32,000 bases of DNA from Candidatus Nanoarchaeia archaeon (GTDB lineage: Archaea > Nanobdellota > Nanobdellia > Woesearchaeales > JANQNC01), in the NCBI GenBank assembly GCA_028279745.1, contig JANQNC010000001.1, positions 1,170,001-1,202,000 on the forward strand, written 5' to 3'. Positions 1-7,452 of this stretch are shown here, one piece after another. Below the pieces are notes generated by a model. The model was not told where the DNA came from. It was given only the letters and a program-made list of their open reading frames with translations, and ran no database searches. The first letter of the stretch is position 1; each line of letters begins with the position of its first letter. A program made the position numbers and the translations under genes.

Positions 1-581
1 TCTTCGATAACCTCATCTGCCACCTCTTTTTCCACCTCGCTCCCAGCTTCGTCATCAACATCTTCAATATCTAAATCTTCAACTGTTTCTTCTATCTCAG
101 GTTCTGATTCTTCTACCTCTTCAACAGGTTCTTCTATAGAAATCTCTTCAGGTTCAGCAGAGATATCTTCAAAAGTCTCTTCTTCAGTTATAGAATCAGT
201 TTCGGTTTGTTCTTCATTATCATAATCATATTCTCCTTTTTCAACATCAGTTTCTTCTTTAGGAGTCACTTCCTCAAGAGGTTCTTCAACTGTTTCTAAA
301 TGGTCTGCAATAGGAACTGTTTCAACCTCTTCTTCCACTAGTTTCTCAACTTCAGGAAGGTTATCTTGAGGATCTTCAGGAATAGTTACTTCTTCATTAG
401 AAGGTTCAATAATATTTTCAGTGTTTTCTTCTTTTTGGATCTCTGGATACTTCTGATCGCCTTTATTAGACATAATGTTTTCAGCCATACGCATTGCGTC
501 TGTCTTAGAAGAAGCTAAACCATGTTCTTTAAGCTGTTTAGCTAGATTGTTAATCTTTTGAATATCACTTAAGCTTGTCAT
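1..581 (-). CDS. hypothetical protein, N-terminal part only (ORF runs off the left edge); short helical N-terminus followed by an extremely Glu/Asp-rich low-complexity tail
   Basis: Own translation of the minus strand: ATG at 581..579 gives MTSLSDIQKINNLAKQLKEHGLASSKTDAMRMAENIM..., then more than 150 codons without a stop, dominated by E/D/T/V/I. Absent from the supplied track because there is no stop codon inside the window. Confidence 0.5.
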   Translation of the reverse strand, partial: MTSLSDIQKINNLAKQLKEHGLASSKTDAMRMAENIMSNKGDQKYPEIQKEENTENIIEPSNEEVTIPEDPQDNLPEVEKLVEEEVETVPIADHLETVEEPLEEVTPKEETDVEKGEYDYDNEEQTETDSITEEETFEDISAEPEEISIEEPVEEVEESEPEIEETVEDLDIEDVDDEAGSEVEKEVADEVIE

Positions 582-649
582 GTGACCCTTACACCTCAAT
601 AAGAAATTTCTTTTACTCCTTTATAATACTTACTTTTTGCTTTTTAAAC

Positions 650-1117
650 TTAGTGTATCGTTGTTGTGAAAGAATTATTGTCTTTTTGAAGAAGACGTTT
701 TTCATCATTGTTAGAAGTTTGATTTATGATTTCACCAATTAGAATAATGTGGTCTCCAGAATCAATTGAGTTAACTAACTCACATTCAATAAATGCTGAA
801 GATTCTTTTATGTAAGAACAATCAACCTTATTGCAGTCAGCTTTTCGTAATGCTGTGTTGTCAAACTTGTTAACATGTTTCCCACTTATCAAGTTGCATT
901 TCTTAACTTCATCAACATATCTGTAAGGCATGAAATTAACAACAAAAACTTTTGATTTCTCGATAAGTGATTTAGTTAAAGTTTCTTTCTCAACTGCTAT
1001 TGCGTATCTTTCAGGCTCAACTGAAACAGGCATATGAAAACTGCAAGGGATAACATTATCAACATCCTCTGATCTAGATGTTACCAAAACAGTCTGTGCG
1101 GGTTTGTGGAAATCCAT
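650..1117 (-). CDS. flavin reductase-like (FMN-binding split-barrel) domain protein
   Basis: 155-aa ORF. The pattern VLVTS...NVIPCSFHMPVSVEPERYAIAV...GDHIILIGEII resembles the flavin reductase-like domain family (recognition from memory). Confidence 0.65.
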   Translation of the reverse strand: MDFHKPAQTVLVTSRSEDVDNVIPCSFHMPVSVEPERYAIAVEKETLTKSLIEKSKVFVVNFMPYRYVDEVKKCNLISGKHVNKFDNTALRKADCNKVDCSYIKESSAFIECELVNSIDSGDHIILIGEIINQTSNNDEKRLLQKDNNSFTTTIH

Positions 1118-1159
1118 AATAAGATTTTATCCTTCAGAGTATAAATAGGTTTTGATTTT

Positions 1160-1840
1160 TTAGTTATTTTTTAGATATGCATTTGCATTCTTATACCATG
1201 GAAGGCCATATTCTTTTGCCAATATTTTCATCTCTTTAGATTTACCTATCAAAGCGACAGGCTTTATCGGGATCTCCTTAAAGAAACAACATTCATTGTA
1301 AGGTCTTATCTGTTTTTTTGTCAGTTCCTTTAATCCGTAAGCAACCCTGAGTTCATTTAATTGTTCTAATGCCATCTTTGGATTTGGATAATTTTGAATC
1401 ATTGCTTTGTAGCTTCCTTCCATAAATCTTGAAGCGTGAGTCATCAGATTAGAAAAATAGTCGCTTGAAGTAAATGTTTCTCCATTAGTTAAAGCCATAA
1501 CATCGACAGGGCAAGCAAATGCGGGTTCTTCATCTGTCTCAAATACCAGTCCTTCTGGTCTGTAAGTATCAGGGTATTCTTTTGATAGCTTAGAAACAGA
1601 TAACCTGTCTGGGAGTTGTGAATGTTCTGTGTTGGGTCTTAATGATGCGTTACCTTCTTTTGCTGAATCCAGTACATCTGTTAAAGTTTGACTTCTGCAC
1701 TTGTATAACCCTCTGTGTTCTTCTCCATACTGAAAGTATTTTGGGGGTCTGTGAGTTAATGCCAAGGGGATGTTTGTGCATATAGCAAACCTCTCCTGGA
1801 ACCATTCAAATGTTTTTATGTATCTCATTATTTTCATCAC
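1160..1840 (-). CDS. hypothetical protein
   Basis: 226-aa ORF with no recognisable motifs. The track start at 1840 is GTG. ATGs at 1837 and 1828 follow a GAGGTGA Shine-Dalgarno-like motif, so the true start is probably 1837 or 1828. Confidence 0.6.
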   Translation of the reverse strand: MMKIMRYIKTFEWFQERFAICTNIPLALTHRPPKYFQYGEEHRGLYKCRSQTLTDVLDSAKEGNASLRPNTEHSQLPDRLSVSKLSKEYPDTYRPEGLVFETDEEPAFACPVDVMALTNGETFTSSDYFSNLMTHASRFMEGSYKAMIQNYPNPKMALEQLNELRVAYGLKELTKKQIRPYNECCFFKEIPIKPVALIGKSKEMKILAKEYGLPWYKNANAYLKNN

Positions 1841-1871
1841 CTCATAGTGTTGTCACTGTGTAATGACATAG

Positions 1872-1884
1872 TATATTTAAATAT
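1872..1884 (+). promoter_or_regulatory. candidate TATA box for the TrmB-like gene in the divergent intergenic region
   Basis: tatatttaaatat lies about 26-38 nt upstream of the ATG at 1910. A GGGGAG purine-rich motif at 1900-1905 lies between them. Confidence 0.4.
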
Positions 1885-1909
1885 TACCTTCCACTATGTG
1901 GGGAGTAAT

Positions 1910-2647
1910 ATGTACGAAAGGCTACTAGAAGGCAGTGGGTTGACAAAGAACGAGTCAGCAGTGTATTTAGCGCTTTTACAGATAGGTAAGTCAAAAACAG
2001 GGGAGATAGTGCATGAAGCAAAAGTCTCTAGCGGAAAGATATATGAGACTTTAGAGAAATTAGCAGATAAAGGCTTGGTAAAATCTGTAACTGAAAATGG
2101 GGTTAAACACTTTATAGCCAATGATCCTGAGGCTCTGCTTGATTTTCTAAAAGAGAAAAAACGAGAGATGTATGATAAGGAGAAAGAGCTAGAGAAGGTA
2201 TTGCCTGAGTTAAAGACACTAAAACAATTTGATGAAAAACTGGAGACAGTCTCATTGCTTAAAGGTATGAGGGGGGTACACCCGTTGATATACGGTTGTC
2301 TTGAGAAGGGAGAGAACATAAGAATTATGGGGATAAGATCATCTAAAAATATTAAATATAACAACTTTTGGAAGAGATGGCATCAAAGAAGATTGCAGCT
2401 AAAGAAAAATGCTAAACTGATATTCTGTGATAAAAACACAGATTATTGGAGATACTTCAAGCCGATGGAAAATACTGAGGTGAGAGAATTTTTATCATTC
2501 ACGCCTTCAGCAACTATGGTGGTAGATGATAATGTGTTTATATTTTCTTATGATGAAGATTTGACTTGCATTCACATAAATTCAAAATCAATAGCAACAT
2601 CATTCGAACGATTCTTTGATGGGTTGTGGGAGATATCAGTAACATGA
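1910..2647 (+). CDS. TrmB-family transcriptional regulator (N-terminal winged HTH plus C-terminal TrmB-type domain)
   Basis: MYERLLEGSGLTKNESAVYLALLQIGKSKTGEIVHEAKVSSGKIYETLEKLADKGLV is a typical TrmB N-terminal wHTH, followed by a coiled-coil linker. I moved the start from the track position 1847 to the ATG at 1910, which removes a non-homologous 21-aa extension. Confidence 0.8.
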   Translation: MYERLLEGSGLTKNESAVYLALLQIGKSKTGEIVHEAKVSSGKIYETLEKLADKGLVKSVTENGVKHFIANDPEALLDFLKEKKREMYDKEKELEKVLPELKTLKQFDEKLETVSLLKGMRGVHPLIYGCLEKGENIRIMGIRSSKNIKYNNFWKRWHQRRLQLKKNAKLIFCDKNTDYWRYFKPMENTEVREFLSFTPSATMVVDDNVFIFSYDEDLTCIHINSKSIATSFERFFDGLWEISVT

Positions 2648-3132
2648 ACTACTACGATGAAATATCGAAAGGATACGAGGAACTGCATAAGGAAGAGCAG
2701 ATGAAAAAGTTAAAGTTGATAAAGGAAAATATGTCGTTTTTCGATAGTGTTTTGGATGTTGGCTGCGGGACTGGGTTTTGTTTAGATGAAATTGACGCCA
2801 AAAGAAAAGTTGGAATTGATCCTTCTTCTGAACTGGTCAAGATAGGTGTTAAAGAAGGCAGAAAGTTAGTTGTAGGTATGGGAGAAGAGTTACCTTTTGC
2901 AGATGAGGAGTTTGACACGGTTATATGTTTGACAGCAGCACATCACTTTACTGATTTGAGAAAAGGGTTTAGTGAGATGAAAAGAGTTGGCCGTGAAAAT
3001 TTTGCATTTAGCATATTGAAGAAAGCTTCAACTTTTGAAGAGATTGAGAAAGTGATCAATGAACTTTTTAAGGTTGAGAAAAGAATTGAAGAAGAGAAAG
3101 ATATTATATTCATTTGTAAGAAAAACTTATAA
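2644..3132 (+). CDS. class I SAM-dependent methyltransferase (small, Methyltransf_11-like)
   Basis: Motif I VLDVGCGTGF and post-I/II features (D..S, FDTVICLTAAHH). The ATG at 2644 overlaps the TrmB stop codon in an ATGA arrangement (2644-2647), implying translational coupling. Confidence 0.85.
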   Translation: MNYYDEISKGYEELHKEEQMKKLKLIKENMSFFDSVLDVGCGTGFCLDEIDAKRKVGIDPSSELVKIGVKEGRKLVVGMGEELPFADEEFDTVICLTAAHHFTDLRKGFSEMKRVGRENFAFSILKKASTFEEIEKVINELFKVEKRIEEEKDIIFICKKNL

Positions 3133-3180
3133 AGAGTAAAGCCCAGAATAGTATAATTAACCAGTGAATGAGATGACTAG

Positions 3181-4254
3181 ATGAAAAAGGCAATAATATT
3201 GATTGTAATTTTTCTTTTTTCTGTTAGCTTTGCTTTTGCTATATGTGGCGATGGAACAGTTGATTCAGGCGAACAATGTGATGATGGTGATAGCATTAAC
3301 AGTAACGGTTGTAAAAATAATTGTAAAATGAGAGAGAATTATAGATGTGATCCTTTCTGGAACCAAAGTGCGGGTGCAGCAACAGGATCTGGACCAAGTG
3401 TTTGCACTTGGATATGTCGAAATGGTATAATTGAAGATTCAAGCAATTGTGAAGGACCTACAATTGATGGGTGTTTTTTGGATCCAAATGATCAGGAAGA
3501 GTGTGATGATGGGGATAATAATAATGCAAATGGCTGTAAAAATGGTTGCGGTATAAGAGATGGTTGGAGATGTGCTCCTTTCTTTAATGAAAGTTCGGGG
3601 CTTGCAACAGGATATGAAATAAGCAGTTGCGAATATCTTTGCGGTAATGAAGTAATTGATATAGATCAAGATACCTGTAAAGGGCCGGGTATAGATGGAT
3701 GTAAGTTTTATGGGGGAGGACTTACTTACGAAGAGTGTGATCACGGAAAACAATGTTACCAATACGGACCAGAATGTGACTCAGATGAAGATTGTGATGA
3801 AGGAGAAACGTGTGGAACCCATAATAACGATGGATGCAGCAGTTCTACATGTAGAATAGATGATGGTTGGGAGTGTTTACCGTTCTATAATGCAACTTCA
3901 GGTAATGCTAGTGATGGTGGAGAGAGTATCTGTGACAGACTTTGTACAAACTGTCAAATTGATAACTCTGATAATTGTTTAGGGCCTACAATTGATGGAT
4001 GTCATTTGAGTTGGAATGAAACTTGTGATGATGGTGAAGGCGGTAATTTAGATCATCATGACGGATGTGCAAGATTATGTACTATTAACGAGCCAGAAAA
4101 GTGGGATTTAGTAGATGTAAACGGAGATGGATTACATGATGGAGTTTGCGGTCTTGAATTACAAGAAGAACCAGTCCCTGAACTTAGTTCAATGGGGATT
4201 GTTGGAATAGTTTTAGTCTTAGGGTTAGGACTCTTTTTAATGAAGAAGAAGTGA
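3181..4254 (+). CDS. secreted cysteine-rich repeat protein (Myxococcus-type Cys-rich repeat / DUF4215-like modules) with a C-terminal VPEL-TM-KKK tail
   Basis: Signal peptide MKKAIILIVIFLFSVSFAFA. Repeated CGDG..D.GEQCDDGD....NGC...C modules. The C-terminus is EEPVPELSSMGIVGIVLVLGLGLFLMKKK. Confidence 0.85.
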   Translation: MKKAIILIVIFLFSVSFAFAICGDGTVDSGEQCDDGDSINSNGCKNNCKMRENYRCDPFWNQSAGAATGSGPSVCTWICRNGIIEDSSNCEGPTIDGCFLDPNDQEECDDGDNNNANGCKNGCGIRDGWRCAPFFNESSGLATGYEISSCEYLCGNEVIDIDQDTCKGPGIDGCKFYGGGLTYEECDHGKQCYQYGPECDSDEDCDEGETCGTHNNDGCSSSTCRIDDGWECLPFYNATSGNASDGGESICDRLCTNCQIDNSDNCLGPTIDGCHLSWNETCDDGEGGNLDHHDGCARLCTINEPEKWDLVDVNGDGLHDGVCGLELQEEPVPELSSMGIVGIVLVLGLGLFLMKKK

Positions 4255-4264
4255 GGTGAAGAAT

Positions 4265-4975
4265 ATGAAGAAAACGATTTTTATGGTGCTGATTGCATTG
4301 TTTGCAGTTGGTTTGGTGAGTGCAGATGATCCCGATTGTGGTGATTTCACATACCAAGAGGATTGTGAATATGTGTCGACACAAATAGAATGTGAGAATA
4401 GTCAAATGCCGACAGGTTATCCTTATGAAGGTTATCTTTGTGAATGGGATGCTGGTGAATGTGTTGCGAGTGACAACTATTGTGTTGAGGTTCCTCAGTG
4501 TGCAGATATTCAAGTATGGGATTGTGGTAATGTTCCTGATCAGGTAACTTGTGAAAACAGTTATGACTTTGGTAGTAGCGTAAATTGCATGTGGCTTAAC
4601 GGTTACTGCACTGAGGATGACTATACTGAATGTGAAACCTCTGGATGCGAATCTGATGATGATTGTTACGAGTTCAGTGAGTGTCTTGCAGCAAGTTGTG
4701 GTGCTGGAGGTGAGTGTGTTTTTGAATTAAGCAATGAAATGTGTGATGATAGTGAAGAGTGCACTGTTGACGTTTGTAATGAAGCAGGTAATGATGAGTA
4801 TTTATGCTCAAACACACCAGTAGCAGATGAAACACCTTGTACGGGCGGGACTTGTCAAGTTGGACAATGTGTTTTGATACAAGAAGACGAAGAAGTACCT
4901 GAGTTAAGTTCAATGGTAATTGGGGCTTTAGTCATTGCAGGCGCAGCAGCCTTCTTGGTGCTAAGAAAGAAATAA
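4265..4975 (+). CDS. secreted cysteine-rich acidic protein with a C-terminal VPEL-TM-RKK tail
   Basis: The ATG at 4265 is preceded by GAGGTGA. Signal peptide MKKTIFMVLIALFAVGLVSA. The mature part is rich in Cys and acidic residues. The C-terminus is EEVPELSSMVIGALVIAGAAAFLVLRKK. Confidence 0.8.
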   Translation: MKKTIFMVLIALFAVGLVSADDPDCGDFTYQEDCEYVSTQIECENSQMPTGYPYEGYLCEWDAGECVASDNYCVEVPQCADIQVWDCGNVPDQVTCENSYDFGSSVNCMWLNGYCTEDDYTECETSGCESDDDCYEFSECLAASCGAGGECVFELSNEMCDDSEECTVDVCNEAGNDEYLCSNTPVADETPCTGGTCQVGQCVLIQEDEEVPELSSMVIGALVIAGAAAFLVLRKK

Positions 4976-5026
4976 CACAAGAAAATCTGAAAGATTTTCT
5001 GTACACAACAAAACTTTGTTTTGTGT

Positions 5027-5088
5027 GCAAGAAATGCTCTGCATTTCTTTGCACCAAAAATCTTGTTTTTTTGTGTTTTCTTTTTTTT
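5027..5088 (+). terminator. stem-loop(s) followed by oligo-T tracts downstream of the 4265..4975 gene
   Basis: gcaagaaatgc-tct-gcatttctttgc forms a hairpin of 9 bp + bulge + 2 bp. T7 (5066-5072) and T8 (5081-5088) runs follow. Confidence 0.45.
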
Positions 5089-5213
5089 ATTTATTTTCTA
5101 GAAAGATTTAAATAATGATAAAATGAGTTAGTATACTTAATATGAATATGAATCAATTATATTGGTGGAAGTGCAGGAATGTTTTTAGTAAAAAGAAAAT
5201 AATGAGGTGAAAA

Positions 5214-5771
5214 ATGAGAAGAATAGTATTAGTCTTAATGGTGTTGTTTGCATTAAACTTAGTGAGTGCGCAACAGCAGCTTTGTTATGGTGAACTTGTT
5301 AATGATGAAGGGTTAATATGTGAAGATATATCAGAAGGGTATTGTAGTCAGTGGAGCGGAGACACTTATGAAGAGATAGATGGGCAATACTATCAATGTG
5401 AGTGGGGCAGAGATTTTGATGATCCAGAATTTGCTTGCTTTGATCCTAATCTGCAACAATGGAGACTTGACATAACTGATCAGGGGGTGTGTGTATCGGG
5501 TAATGGTTTTGACTGGATAGAGTATGAGCACTGTTTTCCATTAACATACTGCAATCCTTGCGGTAATGATTATGTAGATCCAGATGAACAATGCGGAGAA
5601 CCAGAACTTCTTAGTTGCGCATCAGGATTTGAATGTATAAATTGTGGCTGTGTCGATATGGAAGAATTTCCACAAGGAGGATCTGAAGTTCCAGAGTTAA
5701 ACACAACATCAATAATCTTAATAATTGCAGCTATTGCGGTAGGTGGAGTTATTATTTTGAAAAAAAGATAA
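5214..5771 (+). CDS. secreted cysteine-rich protein with a C-terminal VPEL-TM-KKR tail
   Basis: TGAGGTGA Shine-Dalgarno motif before the ATG. Signal peptide MRRIVLVLMVLFALNLVSA. A half DUF4215-like motif CGNDYVDPDEQCGEP. The C-terminus is SEVPELNTTSIILIIAAIAVGGVIILKKR. Confidence 0.8.
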   Translation: MRRIVLVLMVLFALNLVSAQQQLCYGELVNDEGLICEDISEGYCSQWSGDTYEEIDGQYYQCEWGRDFDDPEFACFDPNLQQWRLDITDQGVCVSGNGFDWIEYEHCFPLTYCNPCGNDYVDPDEQCGEPELLSCASGFECINCGCVDMEEFPQGGSEVPELNTTSIILIIAAIAVGGVIILKKR

Positions 5772-5792
5772 TTTTTCTTTTTCTTTTTTTTT
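5772..5792 (+). terminator. oligo-T tract immediately after the stop codon of 5214..5771
   Basis: tttttctttttcttttttttt. Archaeal RNA polymerase terminates at oligo-T. Confidence 0.45.
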
Positions 5793-5817
5793 AGTTTTTA
5801 TTCTTATTAACAGAAAC

Positions 5818-5827
5818 CTTTAAATAA
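5818..5827 (+). promoter_or_regulatory. candidate TATA box for the 5874..6260 gene
   Basis: ctttaaataa lies about 50 nt upstream of the ATG. A GAGGTGA Shine-Dalgarno motif is at 5861-5867. Confidence 0.35.
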
Positions 5828-5873
5828 ACAAAAACAAGAAAATATATTATAAAATTCAAAGAGGTGAATTAAT

Positions 5874-6260
5874 ATGTGGGAAGGAGGAAGAAGCACAGTA
5901 AGTTTTGTTCTAGGACTGATACTTATAGCAGTAGGACTGATACCGATACTAAACCAGTTTGGGGTTATTCCATTTGGATTGCCAGCGTTCTTATCTGGAT
6001 TAGTAAGCTCAATCATAATCTGGCTGATAGCAGGATCAGGACTATACTTGATAATAGAATCATTCATGGAAGGGCTGGATGAGCCATCAGCAAAATGGTT
6101 ACTTATAGTAGGATTAGTAGTTTTAGCATTAGGACTAATACCTTTACTGAACAGCTTAGGTGTAATACAGTTTACAGTACCATTGTTATCAATGATGCTA
6201 TTCAGAATAATCTTCGTGATTGAAGGCATACTGATGATAATTGGCGCATTTAATATGTAA
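5874..6260 (+). CDS. small polytopic membrane protein with internal duplication
   Basis: 128 aa with about 4 hydrophobic helices and a strong GAGGTGA SD. The two halves share LILIAVGLIPILNQFGVIPFGLP and LVVLALGLIPLLNSLGVIQFTVP. Confidence 0.7.
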   Translation: MWEGGRSTVSFVLGLILIAVGLIPILNQFGVIPFGLPAFLSGLVSSIIIWLIAGSGLYLIIESFMEGLDEPSAKWLLIVGLVVLALGLIPLLNSLGVIQFTVPLLSMMLFRIIFVIEGILMIIGAFNM

Positions 6261-6264
6261 ACGT

Positions 6265-6301
6265 TATTTTTTTTATTTTTTTTTCTAATTATTCTTTTTT
6301 T
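6265..6301 (+). terminator. multiple oligo-T tracts after 5874..6260
   Basis: T8, T9 and T7 runs lie within 40 nt downstream of the TAA stop. Confidence 0.45.
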
Positions 6302-6367
6302 AATCGGAGTGGACACTGGACATGTCTGTAAATAATCCTTATTAACTTATTAATCTTAGATTAATGA

Positions 6368-7450
6368 ATGAACGTTCTAGACAAAGCAAAAATATTAGCA
6401 GAGGCAGGAGGTTATGATAGTTGCGGACCCAAACAATGTGAAGTAAAAATAAAAGAAGGTCTGGGTGGGATATACAACGCACAGACAGAACACAAGACCT
6501 GCAAAATATTCAAGACGCTGATGAGCAATTCATGCAAGTTTGACTGCAAATACTGCCAAAATGCCACTGGGTGTGAGAAGAAAAAAGTGAAATACAAACC
6601 AGAAGAGCTAGTAACTTTATTTGATTATCTGCATAAAAATTTAGCAGTAAATGGTTTGTTCTTAAGCTCGGGAGTAAGTGGCGACCCTGACAAAGTAACA
6701 GAAGAGATGATTGAAACAGTAAAAATATTAAGATTCCAAAAAAGGTTTAATGGGTATGTGCATTTTAAAGTTTTACCGGGAACATCCAAAGAATTGGTAA
6801 AACAAGCGTCTGAGTTATCAACCAGAATGAGCATAAACATAGAAGCACCAAACTCATCTGTGTTAAACGAGTTAAGCAGTTGTAAAGATTATAAGAGTGA
6901 TATAATCAGACGACAAAAATGGATCTCTAAACTAAATCTGGGAGGGGGACAAGCTACTCAAATGATAGTAAACAATCTAGCCACAGACAAAGAAGTACTA
7001 AAAATGACCGATTGGGAGTATAATGAGCTAAGCCTAAAGAGAGTTTATTATTCGTCCTTTAGACCAGTAAAAGGCACACCCTTAGAAAATGAAAAAGCAG
7101 AATCATTGTCAAGACAGAATCATCTTTACAATGTAGATTTCTTGTTGAGATCTTATGGCTATAAGCTAAAAGAGGTGAATCCTATAATGGATGAAGGAAT
7201 GCTGCCAAAAGAAGACCCAAAATTAGCGATGGCAAAAGCAAATTTCCAAGGAGCGATAGATGTCAATGAAGCAAGTTATGAAGAGTTAATTAGGATACCT
7301 GGCATAGGGCCAAAAACTGCAAGACGAATCAGAGGTGGAAACAAGATAAGAAAATATACTGACTTACATAAACTAGGCGGGTGGGTAAAAAGAGCTAAAC
7401 CATTCATAGAAGTTAATGGAAAAAGACAAAAAATGTTAACAGAATTTTAG
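6368..7450 (+). CDS. putative DNA modification/repair radical SAM protein with a C-terminal helix-hairpin-helix
   Basis: The N-terminal KILAEAGGYDSCGP motif and the Cx3Cx2C cluster CKFDCKYCQN are typical of this radical SAM subfamily. The C-terminal HhH is NEASYEELIRIPGIGPKTARRI. Confidence 0.85.
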   Translation: MNVLDKAKILAEAGGYDSCGPKQCEVKIKEGLGGIYNAQTEHKTCKIFKTLMSNSCKFDCKYCQNATGCEKKKVKYKPEELVTLFDYLHKNLAVNGLFLSSGVSGDPDKVTEEMIETVKILRFQKRFNGYVHFKVLPGTSKELVKQASELSTRMSINIEAPNSSVLNELSSCKDYKSDIIRRQKWISKLNLGGGQATQMIVNNLATDKEVLKMTDWEYNELSLKRVYYSSFRPVKGTPLENEKAESLSRQNHLYNVDFLLRSYGYKLKEVNPIMDEGMLPKEDPKLAMAKANFQGAIDVNEASYEELIRIPGIGPKTARRIRGGNKIRKYTDLHKLGGWVKRAKPFIEVNGKRQKMLTEF

Positions 7451-7452
7451 GA

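Noticed and set aside
1847-1909. N-terminal extensions proposed by the ORF track using GTG/TTG or upstream ATG starts (1847, 2626, 4256, 8503, 12200, 12917, 14731, 20440)
   Set aside because: In each case an internal ATG lies at an appropriate distance from a GGTGA/GGAGG motif or a TATA box. It also removes a non-homologous, often hydrophobic AT-rich extension. I adjusted the starts accordingly; they remain unverified.
1894-5531. Antisense ORFs inside the TrmB, methyltransferase and Cys-rich protein genes (1894..2364, 2652..2918, 3439..3762, 4184..4513, 4674..4913, 5331..5531)
   Set aside because: They are shadow ORFs opposite well-supported genes. Their products are low complexity, with no start-site signals.
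5807-6316. 169-aa minus-strand ORF fully overlapping the 128-aa plus-strand ORF 5874..6260, plus the alternative-frame ORF 5876..6082
   Set aside because: The plus-strand ORF has a strong GAGGTGA SD, an upstream TATA box, downstream oligo-T tracts, and a coherent 4-TM product with internal duplication. The minus-strand product is low-complexity I/N/K/P/S-rich and starts inside the T-rich terminator region.
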